A stretch of DNA of 248,000 nucleotides, from assembly GCA_029953675.1 (NCBI GenBank), contig JAMWBK010000008.1, positions 1,632,001 to 1,880,000 of the forward strand, read 5' to 3'. This document shows, one piece after another, positions 178,030 to 191,686 of this stretch. The translations under genes and the position numbers were made by a program. A model generated the notes under the pieces. The model saw only the letters and a program-made list of their open reading frames with translations, ran no database searches and had not been told where the DNA came from. The DNA comes from Rhodosorus marinus CCMP1338 (taxonomy: Eukaryota > Plantae > Rhodophyta). Numbering within the stretch: position 1 is the stretch's first letter; every line of letters starts with the position of its first letter.

Positions 178030-179340
178030 TCCTGTTGAAGAGAGTGCCGCGCTTAGGAGTTGGTATTCTGTCACCATCCCGAAGAGGTTTCTCTGTGCTT
178101 TCAAGGTGCGGTCTATGAGTTGTCTGAAGAGAGTGCCGCGCTAAGGAGTTGGTGTTCCATCACCATCTTGAAAGGGGTTTCGAGTGCGTTCAAGGTGCGG
178201 ATTGAGTGTCTGAAGAGAGTGCCACCCGCTAAGGAGTTGGTATTCCATGACCATCCCGAAGAGGTTTCGAGTGTTTTCAAGGTGCGGTTTGTGAGTGTCT
178301 GAACTGAGTATCGCGCTAAGGAGTTGGTATTCTGTCACCATCCCGAAGAGGTTTCGAGTGCTTTCAAGGTGCGGTCTATGAGTTGTCTGAAGAGAGTGCC
178401 GCGCTAAGGAGTTGGTATTCTGTCACCATCCCGAAGAGGTTTCGAGTGCTTTCAAGGTGCGGTCTATGAGTGTCTGAACTGAGTGCCGCGCCGAAGGAGT
178501 TGGTGTTCCAGCACCATCTTGAAAGGGGTTCGAGTACTTTCAAGGTGCTGTTGGAGTGTCTGAAGAGAGTGCCGCGCAGTAGGAGTTGGTATTCGACCAC
178601 CATCCCGAAGAGGTTTTGAGTGCTTTCAAGGTGCGGTTTGAGTGTCTGAACTGAGTGCCGCGCCAAGGAGTTGGTGTTCCAGCACCATCTGGAAAGGGGT
178701 TCGAGTACTTCGTCAAGGTGCGGTTGGAGTGTCAGAAGGTAGTGCGTGATAGGAGTTGGTATTCGACCACCATCTTGAGGGGGTTTTCGAGTACTTTGAA
178801 AGTGAGGTTTGAGTGTGCGAGTTGGTATTCGACTTACCATCTTGAAGGGATTTGGAGTGCTTTGAAAATGGGGTTTGAGTGTGTGCTGGTGTTCGACTAG
178901 CATCTTGAGCGGGTTTCAAGTGCTTTAAACATGGTGCTGTTTGAGTGTCTGACGGCAGTGTTGATATTCGACCACCATCTTGAAGGGGTTTTCGAGTACT
179001 TTGAAAAGGGAGGTTTGAGTGTGTGCGCTAAGCAGTTGGTATTTGACTAGCACCTTTGAAGGGGTTTCGAGGACTAGGAGTTGGTATGGGGTTTCTGGGA
179101 CTTTGAAAGTGCGTTTTGAGTGTGCGCAGGAGCTAATTCGACCACCATCTTGAAAGGGTTCGAGTGCTTTGAAATTGCGGTTTGAGTGTGGGCTAGGAGT
179201 TGGTATACCGTCAGCATCTTGAAGGGGATTCGAGTGCTTTGAAAGTGAGGTTTGAGTGTGCGAGTTGGTATTCGACCACCAGCTTGAAGGGGTTTCAAGT
179301 GCTTTTAAAGGTGCGGTTTGAGTGTCGAGGGGAGCGTTAG
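178030..179340. repeat. Minisatellite array, ~87-bp unit, about 14 copies with a divergence gradient
   Basis: GAGAGTGCCGCGCTAAGGAGTTGGTATTC..CACCATC..GAAGAGGTTTCGAGTGCTTTCAAGGTGCGGT repeated with no unique spacers. Confidence 0.9.
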
Positions 179341-181937
179341 TCAGGATTGGAATGGGTGTGTGGAAGTTTTGCTCTGTGTCCTGAAGATCTTCGTGGTTAG
179401 TCAGGCTTGGAGTGGGTTTGTAAGGTCTTGTTCCCCATGGAGAGGGGGGGTGAGGGGGGGTTCGAGCGCTTTCAAGTGCGTTTGAGTGCCGCTGTATGCT
179501 AAACGTCAGTGAGTGAATAGCGGTGGGAAGGGACGAACTGGGACGAACTGGGACGAACTGGGACGAACCACGTGTCAATGCTCTGGTGGCTGAACAGAAG
179601 TTGTTTCATCGGCGCATGCTAGACGCATTCAACAATTTGGTGCGGGGGTGCTCGGCGAACTGCTGAGATAGTGGGCAGCAGGTCCGTGAAGTGGGGTAAT
179701 ACGTCAGAAGAGTCGCTGATCAGCGCGGAGTCGATCTTGTAGCGCTAGGTCACCCATAGCAGAGCACCCAGTCCCGTGGACTTCTAGGGCGGCGGTTCTA
179801 TCAAAGCGCCCGCGGAGTTTGTACGACCTCTGTAAGTAGTACGAGTTTGGCACCGAACACAGATAGCTGCGAGAGATTTCACGTCCAGAGAGAAGGGAGC
179901 TCAGAAATTCAGCTATCATTACCACCTCCCTTTCTGGGACCTCATCTGCAAGATGACCGGGAAAGGATATACCTATGAAACTGCTATAGAGAAAGTTTAC
180001 TCTGTCCACGGCCGCTCGACGAGCATCACAAGTATCCTAAAACATCTTAAGCAAGAGCGTAGGCTCGGATACCGGCAGTTTTTTTAGCTATCAGAATCTG
180101 TAATTAACTACAAGACAGTCCACATGAACTTAACAAAACCATATCTGCTATATCATCTCTACGAGAAGGCCAGTACTGGGCTCCTTAGGTTCGCCACGCA
180201 GCGGGGAGGGTTCGCATCCTCTTCAGCGTGCGAAACGCTACTTGATTGCCAACTCCAGAGATATCGTTCAAGTCCGACGGTCAGCAGCGATATCTACTAG
180301 GAGATCTCCACTGAAGCTGTAGGCGGAATTGGTACGGAAGAACGACCAGAATGGACTGGTTTTCCGGCGTCTCGTGCGCTGAGACGTTTGGCAGAAGAGA
180401 GAAAAGAACAAATTCTTCTCCTAGGTTGGCCCCCTAAATATCACCTTGGGGACCGTTTCTCTCGACTAGTGAATCACTGTCCTAGCGCATCGGCACGTAC
180501 TCACTGGACATCGAGGCAGCAGGAAGGACGATGTTGGAGGTCTTCTGTGCCCGTTGCCAATAGCTTCAACAGTTCCAAGATGCTACACAATCCAACCCAC
180601 GCGGTGCCCACCATGGGCCGCCCGGCAGCTCCAAATGCTGTTCAATGGATCTCTGATGAAATAATTCGGAGAGGAACAGTCTACCTAAAACATGCACCTA
180701 CGGTAAAAATGGACAAAACGAAACGTCTCCCCCATCGTTTCACCTCCGGCCCAATCCACCAATGCGCAGGGGAAAATCTGCCGCCGTCGTCGAGGACTGA
180801 ATGTATCGCAGTCCGAAAACCTCACATACCGAGTACGATCCATATCAAAGATAGCCTACCCACAGCCTCCTCCCAGCCACAATCAAGTTCACTCTAGGGT
180901 ACCAACGATCCAATGTGACCCGCAACTATTGCTATGAGTTTCTGTCTCTTTTTTCACCTACCTTGTAAAAAAAACATCAATCCTAGTTTATCATAATACC
181001 AAATAATCCAAGGATATCTAAATGTCATAAAACCTCTATCTTTCCCCCCCCCTATTAGTTCACCAAAGATTTGCACCGGGACAACGGCTCGAGCGATTTC
181101 CAATCAATATATCAATCCAAATATGTCATTTTCTTCACAGTTCAGGGACGTCCCGTTACTGTATTTTGATTGATATATTGATTGAGAATAGACTCACGTT
181201 TCTAAGGTCACATTCATATTCAGTCTTTTGTAGTAATTTGTATTTAAAAACTAATTTTAAATATGTATTGTTTAAATTATTTATGTAGATTGAATTTTTA
181301 GGTGACGCTTGGTTTATTTTATGAATGTTGTGGTAGGGAGCTTAGGATATGTAGATCGCCGCAACTGGGTGACCGTACTCTCTGGAGAAGGGGTGGCACT
181401 GTGAGGAAGTCTTTTTCGAGCCTTTCTAGCCTTGCGCTTGATTGAGCATAGGATACGCTTCACGGATACGAAACAAAGCTCAGCATGGTATCATCGATTT
181501 TATTTGCCGGTTCTATGATGACCCCTCCCCCCGCCCGCTCTGAACGCCCACAGGCGGGCACAGGTGGCACTCGAAACGGTTCTGTTGATCGGAGGGTGCA
181601 GCTCTGTTTTTTTTTACCTTTTGTGATTTCCTCCACTCTCATTGCTTTCGAAGACCATTGGATGATTCTGTAACACACCCAGAAAAAAAGCAGCTGAAAA
181701 TCTAGTTTTCAGGCGTGGAGCTTACTCGGTATCCACAAATCCTCCCTAGGCATCGACTAACGGATTTCTGATCTCTATCGTGAACTCGTGGCTGACAACG
181801 ACAATGGAAGTTGATATAAGAAGGCAAACGCATTGGGTCTGGTGGGTACGGATCTGTGAAGGAGGAGGGTAGAGTGGATCAATTAGATCAGTACAAAGTC
181901 GATTTTGAAGAAAAGGGGATCTAGTGATTCTTTCAGG

Positions 181938-182852
181938 ATGGCATTTATTCAGACCAGTGCGTTTGGTATTCAAGGGCGGGGAGCTGCGGTTCGCTGTTCA
182001 GGGAGGAGCCATGTGAAGATGTCGCTGGACGTGGATTCTGTCAGCCAGAGTTTCACCCATCTGGCCAATCCAGTTGTTATTCAGAAAGTTGCGGACTATG
182101 TTGATACTCTGGGTACGGTGATGACTAGTGTGCTGGTTGATCTTCCTGGGTTTTGAGAGTTGCGGCTCTGACGTTGGGAATGGATTGTGCTTTCGTATAG
182201 GTCTTCCGCCGTTTGTTATCAAATGGGGCCATCCGGCTATGATGGGCTTCATGGTGGCAGGTATGGGAATGCCTGGGGCCGCGTTCGGATGGGCCGGTCG
182301 TCTTGGCAAAGGCAAGGATTCCGTGAAAATGAAGAACCTCCATGAGCAGGTTATGATTGCTTTCTGGCTGTTGGCGTTTGCTGGGTAAGAAAACCTGGTT
182401 CTAGATTACAAGAACAGACAGAAACAACTTCTTCTAGATCTCGTACTGATATCCACTTTCCCAAACTCGGTTTCAACAAACAGAGCTCTTGGCGGATCCC
182501 TGAGCCTCGCCGAGCAAGGTTATGAGATATGGACACTCCAAGATCCACATTTTGTCAGTACACTCGCTGTCCTCGGCCTTCTCACCTTCAACGCAGTATA
182601 CGCCTACTCCGGTTTCGGAGGTACCACTCCTCAAGAAAGGCTTAAGGGTCGTACAGTGCACGCCTACGTTGGAGCAGTAAGCAGTCCAAGACCGCCAAAA
182701 GACATAGTATTCCACAGAACAGAAAACCTCGGCTTTTTCGTTATTCTGAACACCAACAACACAAACTCTCTCTTCCCCCCAAAAACCAGTTAACGATGGG
182801 AGTATTCGTCGTTCACGGTGTACTAGGCTTCATGGGTGGTATGGCCCTTTAA
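181938..182852 (+). CDS. Plastid-targeted DUF4079-like membrane protein, spliced
   Basis: Transit peptide; WGHPAMMG..MG..GAAFGW; VHGVLG C-terminus. Confidence 0.6.
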
Positions 182853-183277
182853 AACGGTGAAGGCCCTACCCCCAATACCAGAAGACCCTATTGATGATCC
182901 AGAGTAGCACTAGAAGGCTTAACAATAAAGACTAGAAACATTTCCCTTTGCCAAGGATAAGCCAATACAACTTCGCCGCTGCGGATACCGATGTTTCGGT
183001 TAAGACTCTTCGGTTCGTGAATATGACGCACCCAGCGTTGAGGATCGATCGGCAGTCAGTCATTGAATAACGCACAACCCGAACCAACCCCCCCCCCCGC
183101 AGTGCTTGAGGATCGATAGGCACGGTGTCATTGAAGAGAGCCACTCTGTGATGACGGACGGTGCTCAACGAACTTGGTAGCTTCGTCTGCACACAGCCAC
183201 GCAATCGCTTTCGCTGGAGTGCTTCTTTGTTGACCGAGAACGAGCACTTCGATTTGATCGCTCCGCTCTATTGCGCT

Positions 183278-185515
183278 CTAGTTCTCCGGCTGCTGCGCTT
183301 CGTAGAATAGTATATGCGCTTCCGTTAGAGTAACCAATTGTGGGAGGGTTTCCTTCACGTTGAGATCCTGTATCGCTCGGAGGAAGGGAGTTACCTTGTT
183401 CAGCATAAGGTCATCCCTTGCATTGGGAGGTTGACGTTTGCTTCTCCTCGTCGATACCTGAATTTGAAACCATTTACCAGTAGGCGGATGCTTGATATTG
183501 ACCTGGTAACTTCCGGCTTTCGGTTCACCTTCGTGAGTAACGGCAGCGACGAGGTCGTACTTTGTGATCTGCTGACTCGCGACAGAGTGCGGAACAAAGT
183601 CCTTCAGCTCTAAATTCGTGGCCGGAAACTGGACGATTGTCGGGTTCTTCTCCTCAAAAAAGTTGTTTCTGTAGAATGTCGTGTTCACGATTTAGGTCTT
183701 CGGTCCCAGCTGTTGGGGCAGTTGTCCGCGGGCGAGCATTCCGTCTGGCTGCCTAGTACGTACCTAGTGAATCTCTTTATGTGCAAGATCAAGTACTGAG
183801 GTAGCTTTTCAATACGGTAAACGCGTCTTTCCCCCGTCTTTACCATATGGTGTTCCTGCACGCCATCAAATTTGGACAAGAGCGTATGCAGAGGCACCTA
183901 GCCGACGTAACCCACCCCGCAGACTCGTTAGTACACCTCCATCTTTTCATTGCATACAAGAGTGATTGCCTCACCTGAGGAATCAGTTTCCTGTCCATCG
184001 AGTCCTTGAAAAGTGGCCGCGAAGGCAAATCAAGTGACAGAAAAAAGTATGGAACGAGTTTTCTCTTCCGCTTGATCGACTTGCGAGCTCCTTGATCACC
184101 GCTTCCCTTCTCCACTTGATCCTTCTCTGTTATCATCTGAATCATTCCGCGGAAGATTCTGGATATCTCCGAATCTACACAGAAATTGCGAATCGCCGAG
184201 AAGGCAAGTATCCATTTCAGACAAGAAAGCGCAAATAAAAAAATCAAACCACACCACTTCTTTCATGCAAAGCCTCTCACCTCCCTTCTCTCCAAGATCT
184301 CCATGAAGCGTATTCAATACGAACGCTATGAACTCTACTGGATCTCCCTAACCCAAAGTATAGAGAGAAAACCAGTTAATGGCCTATCCGGAGGGGACGA
184401 CAAGTCCCAGGTAAGTCCCAGACGAAGCGTCGAAGTCTAAAGACTCAAGTAGTCCTCGCTAGAGCTGGAAACCGCGCTGGAGTTTTTTCCTAGTGAGGAT
184501 GATATCTGTACACACTGGACTCTGTCCAGCGACAATGACTTCCTTCCAGACTCGACTTCTTTCCCTGTCGGCGGGTCTCTCTCTCTCTCTCTCTCTCTCT
184601 CCCTCTCTGCTGACGCATCCTGAGCTTGGGCTATATCACTTTACCTGTTCAAGAATCTTAAACTGTTTATTGGATCTGTTGACGACCTCCTGCATGAACT
184701 CATGAGGAGATACGTGCGACCTGAAAGCGCGCGAGTTGTAGACCTTCCTGACCAGTTCCCCGAGCCGTTTCATTAGTGCTGACTTTGCTTGGGGACCTCT
184801 TGTATAGAGAAGACAAAAGTTCCTGAACGGTGTCTGTTGAAGTTGGAAGGGAGGATCGATCAGATAGATGGCTGTATTGTTTTTGAGTGGAGAGTTTTGG
184901 TGTTGGAAAGAGACTTACGATAACGAAGAGCGATTGCAAGACAGCATTTGCATAATCCGTAGCGTGAAGATTGTTCATTCCCACAAGGCCTTGGTAATGC
185001 ATTGTGCCGTTTAGAACTCTGAACCGAGTGGGGTTGTCGTTTAGTGAGGCGACTTGATCTGGGCTAAGCTGTGGATTGATGGCATGTTTGATATCGTCGA
185101 GCGTTGAATCGACGATTTCGTAGCCGTCAGGGACGCAGTAGACTTTCTCGGTATCGAGGTTGATGAAGACGTGGTGGCTCTGGTCTAGTGAGTGGAAGTA
185201 GACGTGCGAGTTTCTCCCTCGACCTTGCAAGTACTTGCCACAAACCAGGCACGCATAGACGTTTAGATTCTCCAGTGACACAGAACAGACTTTTTCAAAG
185301 TCAAAGTCCAGCATCGATCGATTCACCGTGTCCATGTACGGACAATCCACCCCAGCCCGCTGACCCCTCGAAGCTCTCATTCCATCCGAAATAACAACAG
185401 AGATCATCTCCGATGGGTTCTCATCCTCACCATCACCCTCAAATCTAGCCCGTTTCTTAGGAGGCGATCTAGTCTCCTCCTGCTCACCGCCACCTACAGC
185501 CTCCTCCTCAACCAT
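183278..185515 (-). CDS. USP39: U4/U6.U5 tri-snRNP protein USP39/Sad1, multi-exon
   Basis: CPYMDTVNRSMLDFDFEKVCSVSL..YACLVCGKY; NPTIVQFP. Confidence 0.93.
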
Positions 185516-187526
185516 CTTTACTCCTAAATCTATTGATACAATCGTTCACTCATTGAGGCCAAAGCGTTCCTTCACTCCAACTTTCAGTCCTCCGAGATCT
185601 TACTCCTCATACGAAAGCGATTCCACTTCCGAAAGCTAACAGATTCGACCCAAAGCTCGTCCTCACTTTCGTTAGAACAAAGCTCTTCGGAACTTAATCA
185701 CCTCGAAGACTTGTTCAAGCGATTCTATAAAGCCCCTATCGTAGGTCTTGAACTTGACTCAATAGCGTCCCTAATCTCAATGTCTTCTTCGTCAGTTTCT
185801 ATATGCCAAACTTGTCTTCCTCAGTACACAAACGAGTCGAGTTATGGATCTTGTGAACGGGTCGTCTGGACGGAGGCGATCAGCGTATATTCTCATTGGG
185901 CTATGATAAGAGCTCTGTGAGTTTGTCCCTTTGAATACTGCTGGTCTCTTCCGTTCTGTTGGCATACGACGATCAAATCGTGGTCGCTTTTAAGGTTCAA
186001 AGGTTGATCGAGAAGTTCAGTTGAGAAGATCACGGATTCGATGCACCTCTTGTTAGGAGAGACCTACACCTACGGCTTGAGAAGCTTGTCTTACTCATGA
186101 CGTAACAGAGTCGATTTGTTGATTGTCAGAACGGATCGTCCCGCGGAAGTTTTGACTGCTCTCTGATGAGAACTCGGTAAGGTTGTCCGTTTTGAGACTG
186201 CTGGTCTCGCCCATGACATAGAATGAAAGAACTTGTTGTGCTGCGCGTGTGAAGATCAAATCGTTTGTCCCAGCAGCTTTTGAGTTTTGCTTAACCAGCT
186301 TCGCTGAAAAGAGTTGCGGATTCTCGTTGAATCTCTAGTTCGGGAAGCTACGGGGGTGCCTCATATCAGCGAGGACGGCTGGGCCATGGACTTTGGAAAG
186401 GTTTCAGGGAGGTATGCGATTGCCCTTCTATTTTTTTTTACGACAAGCGTTTGGAACACCGCCTTATCCGCTCCGAGGGTGACATCGGAGCGGATAGCGG
186501 TGGGGCACCACTGCGGTTTGTGATCAATATCCCAACCGCTGAGTCGCGGGTTTGATTCATACGTGCAAAGGAACGTTGGACCAAGGTAATACCTACTAAT
186601 GCCTGTTTTCGTAGAGTTCATGAGCTCGATGTAGCCTCTGCGGCATGTGACCCTCAACAACCCAACTTGAACCCTAACTCAAGGGACATGCGCTCGCTAA
186701 GAAACTGGATCGCTGGCCACTCAGATCCTTACCTCAACCTCGAATCGTTTCTAATGGTTCCATTCATAGTAAGAATCTTTCAGTGAGACACGCGATCACC
186801 ATCGTCACACGGGCTGAGACGAACCGGTCATCCTATAGCGGTGGGCTTGAAGCCAATCCTAACAAACTCTAAATTAACGGTGTCACAATCTAGATTTATA
186901 GCTAAATACAATTTCGAAATATAATATCAGAAACTAGTAATCCTAATTTTCGTCACTAAACGTTCTTAAAATTCCTTTTTATTTCTCGCGCTTATCCCAG
187001 CTTCTGACAGTATAAAAAACAAGACTATTTACTAAGGAAGCTCGCGATAGTGGCTTTCCCTCGAACACTATAAGAGAGAGAGAGGGGGGTTGGGCTGAAG
187101 AAGAAAGCAAAGAGCAACGGAAACAGCGCCAACCGCATCTGTGGGCTGGCTTGTCTGCTAGAGACTGATGAACGACCAACCCCGAGATCAACTGGACTCC
187201 TTTCTTTCTTCTAGCCCTCCGCACGCCCAACCTGTCTCAAAACCAGAGTTCCGTCTGTTGTTGAAATTTTTGTTTTTTGTTTTGGTTCTCGGTTTTCCTG
187301 AACTCGTGATGTTGAAAGTGAGGACGGGTCTTAGGCAAAGTTCTCATCGTCGTGATACTTCAGCATCGATTCTATACACATTGTCGACCTGCAGTGACCT
187401 CTCTCTCCTGCAAACGGGTCAGACAGGAGCTCAGTTGCGTATCGCGGTACTATTCCCTCAGGTATTTGCTTATTCCAGCTGCTTGAGGAGCGATGACTCC
187501 ACCGTGGAATACAAGCATCACGAAAA

Positions 187527-188330
187527 TTAGTGGTCATACGCTGCCTGAGAGCTCGAACTTGCACGCGGTTGACTACCTTTGAGCTTATCCCTGTTTATCT
187601 TCAGCATCGTGTTTCTCTCAGTGAGCTCGTTGACAAATTCGATGAGATACGCATTTCTTTCTTCAAGCCTCTTCATTTCCGCTTTCTTAAGCAGCCGACT
187701 CTTTTTCGCAGATTCTCGATTTCGATTGAGTCGAGCCTGGCGAGTGCTAATAACTTTACCACTGGAGGAAGGCGCACTAATTGGCCTCTCGCTGCCATTT
187801 CGTTCGATTCTAGTCATCATCTCGTCTAACATAAGCGTCTTTGGTGAGCATTCTAAACGTTTCCCTTCTCCCCCGGCGCTCGAACTTCCCCTCTCCGGAG
187901 TCACAATTGAAGCCTCCTTCTTCTCTGGACTCATATGCAGCATCACCGCAGCACTCGTCATCGCACCTGCCAGAAGAATAAAATGGAGAACGTAGAAATT
188001 CCAAACCGTTGAGAAGCTATTGACTACTCTCTTTCGGCTAACATCGAAGGGAATTGAGGAAAAGCAAGGAACAAGAAGAAGACACAGTGACAGAGCTATA
188101 CGGTTGGCTTCATTACCATAAAAATCCATATCACTCATTCCCCGATGTCCCAACCACAACTCTCCGTCTCCTAGTCCAGTATCACCAACGTCTTCTTCCA
188201 TTACATGAACCTCCCCGATTGTCACACCTTGCATTCTTCCAGGCCCTCCTAGAACCTCCGTCCTCCTCCCACCAAACCAACAGCCAACCAAGTCTCTTCC
188301 AATCCTCTCCCCCAAAACCTCACGGGCCAC
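187527..188330 (-). CDS. bZIP transcription factor
   Basis: RLNRNRESAKKSRLLKK followed by a heptad zipper; start uncertain. Confidence 0.8.
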   Translation of the reverse strand: MAREVLGERIGRDLVGCWFGGRRTEVLGGPGRMQGVTIGEVHVMEEDVGDTGLGDGELWLGHRGMSDMDFYGNEANRIALSLCLLLVPCFSSIPFDVSRKRVVNSFSTVWNFYVLHFILLAGAMTSAAVMLHMSPEKKEASIVTPERGSSSAGGEGKRLECSPKTLMLDEMMTRIERNGSERPISAPSSSGKVISTRQARLNRNRESAKKSRLLKKAEMKRLEERNAYLIEFVNELTERNTMLKINRDKLKGSQPRASSSSQAAYDH

Positions 188331-191300
188331 AACCTATGGTGATATCCTCGTTAGCAACCCGATATCAATCACCATAGACGCTTCCGTCAACCACCTTCCC
188401 CCTCATCCTCCCCAAGCCCCACCCTCATAACCTCGCTTCTATCCCCTCCTAATATCTACATTCCCTCTCCTACCCCAACTTCCCTCCCACTATCTTAAAC
188501 CTCTCCCAGTCCAACCCAACCCCCCCTCCCCGAACTCTCCCCCACAAAACTATCTCAAACCTCTCCCAAACCTTCACCTTCCTTCCCCCCCCCGGACAAA
188601 CTCGTACATGTTCACGCGGGTATGTTGAACATTCACACCGAAATATAATTTCACTACAACAATCTACCTGCACATGAATTTAACTGTCATATTCTTATTC
188701 AATCTAAATAAACCGATGTTCCTGAATAAATTTAAAATAAAACAAGATATATTTCAGTCAAAACAGTAATAGACTGAATAAATATTTGACAGTTAAAAGA
188801 AAACTTGGAATCTTACGAATTGGCTCAGGAGGCCAGGGGACGCAGAAAGAAAATTTATGAGATCGCTTGGAGTTACATAACTTATTCCAAAAAATACGAA
188901 CAGAAGAATGGCTTGAGGACCTCCTTCAATTCTGAATTAAAAATATGATTTATACATAACTTTTGGGTGAGCTCCTTTTTTCTTTGTTTTTGGAGGGGGT
189001 TGTTTCTAGTTTTCAAGCGCATCCTCCGGTAATGGTGGTGTACTTATTCCCCTACCCCCCCTTCAGAATCCGCATATCTTTGATTTTGATGCATTTTGGA
189101 GGATATCTGTCGCATCCTTTACTCATCAATCCCCCCCCCCTTTTCTTTTACGGTTGCTCACGGCTTTTAGCCCACCACCCTATTTTTTTCGTAAAATACG
189201 GACGTATTTCCTTTTCTGAAAAATTAATAACCCCTGATAAAAATAATAGCATTACTCGGTCAAACCGTTTTCTTTTGTTTGTTTCATCAGGCTTCTTTAT
189301 TGTGAAATAGATAGTTGATTGAGCTAGATAGAATAGGGGTTTTTTGGTTCCACGTTTATCGAATATCGAAAATTATTAAAGCTATTATCAATGTACGAAA
189401 CATTTTTTATGGGGTAGTTAATGGGTAGTAAAAAAGCAAAACAAGTAGAACCTTCAAACTGCCCAGAAGCAAAGGAGAAGAAGAAAGAAGGAACCCCCAG
189501 TTCACACACACACATCCGACAGGGAGGGGGGGGGGAGGGGGAGGGGAAATTGACGAACGCCGGGTTGCACTTGTTTTTATTAGCAAGTGATTCCTAAGAC
189601 TTGATTGGTGGACTCAGCAGACACTTCGAGAGAGATTTTCCAACCAGCAGTTTTCCTTGGAAAAAAATATTCGTTTTTTTCCCCCCAGAAGATGATAGGA
189701 TGAGAACGAGGAGAAGGAAAAGATAGAGACGTTTTGTTGGGGGTGGTGGTGGGGGTGTGGGGTGTGGGTAGTGTTCGTTTTTGAAAATAAATTACAACGA
189801 AAAATCTGATTATCTCATAAAATCCAAAAAAACATAGGCTCAAGGATCCATTTTGATTTTTCACGTTGTTTTTTCGGAGATTTCCAAATTCGGTGGAGAC
189901 CGGAAAGGTGAGCGGGAGGGTAGAGGGGGTGAGAGGTTCGGCGAGAATGGGTGAGGAGAGGATGAGAGGGGAGGGGAGGGGGGAGGAGGGAGGTGGTGGT
190001 AAAAAGTAGGCTTGCCTTCCAAAACCAAAAAGGAACGAGCGTATAACACGTGTCCCATTTTTGGATGCTATTCAGCGACTACTTTCTTGAAGTATATACG
190101 CCGGGGAGGGTTGAAAATTAATTTAAAAAGAGAGGGTAGAAAATTGGGTGAGCAAATTGACTAGGGAGTTTCGATACAGCAGAGAATTCAGTAATTATAG
190201 TTATTTTTGGTGGGTTTTTTTGGATGAGGTTTGTTGGTTTTGGTGGTGCGGGAAATGTGGGGGATTAGTATTCTCATCAAGAGCTGATGCGTGGGTGAGC
190301 GAAGCTCGCCAGGGGGGAAGAAGGTGGAGGGGGGTTTTTTTTTTTTTTTGGAGATCCTTTTGGCTTTTTTTGGTTGGGGTTGATCTTTTGTCTTGTTTGG
190401 GTACATGAAGCGTAGGGTTAGTAGTGCGTACAGGTTACGCTTTTGGGACGGGAAGTTTGTTTGTAGTGGTGAGATTTGATTGAGAATCGTAATGGGATGT
190501 TGGAGGGAACCACAAAAATGTGGGGGTTCAGGATAAAACGCCCTTTTTTGAGAGATGTTGAGCTGTGAGGGCTGCTGCGTTGTGTTCTGAAGCTCAATCG
190601 CACTTTGTCACAGTTGTCTGTAATCTTCTTTTCTTGTGTTTTTGTTTTTCCACTCCCCAATTCCGGCCGCTCGCTTGGATTTTATTTCTATTTTTTTTGA
190701 GCATGTAAGGGTTCATGTGTCTCGACTTATTCGATCTCATCAACGTGTTCGTTCACTAGCACATCGGTGCGCTGGTAAGCGGTTCTTCTTCTTTCTTTTC
190801 TTGTTTGGGTTCGTACTTGGCTAGCATTTGTGCATTCCAGGGTTCGGTTGAGGTTGAAAATATCGGTGAGGAGTGTCCAATGCGTGAATAGTTTGTCCTG
190901 ATTTCGGGTGTGCTTTTGCAGAGCTCAAGTTGACCAGTCCGGATGTGGGCTCACCCAAGATTGAAACAAAAACTAGATAGAGGATCAACAAGCAGCGACG
191001 GAAGGGCCTGCTGTTTGCACTTAAATGCATGATATCCGTTTTGCAACTCATCCAGGGCTACTACTCAACGGGGCAAAATGATGGGCCGCGAGCTTTCCGT
191101 GTTTTCGCTCGCCAGGTCGACCTCTCGGTTTTTTTGCTTCAGCTCGTAGAAACGTAAGTGGTCGGAGACGACTTCAGACAAGCTTCTTGTTTCGAGGTCG
191201 CCGAATTCTCGACAAAATTTCACGAGGCACAACGTATAGATTTTCCTCATCGTTCGAACGTAATAGACGTATCCAAAGCCGACATATTGGGACAGAGTGA

Positions 191301-191686
191301 ATTGGGCGAGCTATGAGCTTGAATTCGTGCGACGCGTTTCAGCGTGCAATTTGGGGTTCCCTACTAAGCGTTCATATCCTACGCCCTTTTCAACGGACCT
191401 GCAGTCTTGAGAAGGAAAACTTAATGGTCGCAAGAGACATTCCTGCGTATTTCGAGAAAGCACGGACGAGCGCGTCGCCTCAGTATTTAATCTGTGTCCC
191501 TCTTCTCGGCTGATTTTAGCCGCGTACGTTCCGTGCGGCATAATTTGAAAGTTAGCATATCAAAAGCGAGTAGGTTTCATCCGCTAGTAGTAATTGGTCG
191601 CTTTGGGATCCATTCCATGTACAAAAGTTTGGCTCTCGGTTCAGTAGCCAGAAACCAAAAAAGAATTAGCTCGAGCAAGTCGTGTC

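Noticed and set aside
178030-179340. CRISPR array
   Set aside because: Units are contiguous degenerate repeats with no unique spacers, no cas genes, and the context is eukaryotic
186361-186660. HNH nuclease suggested by GWDIDHKP
   Set aside because: Short ORF without the downstream N/H residues; likely chance or decayed
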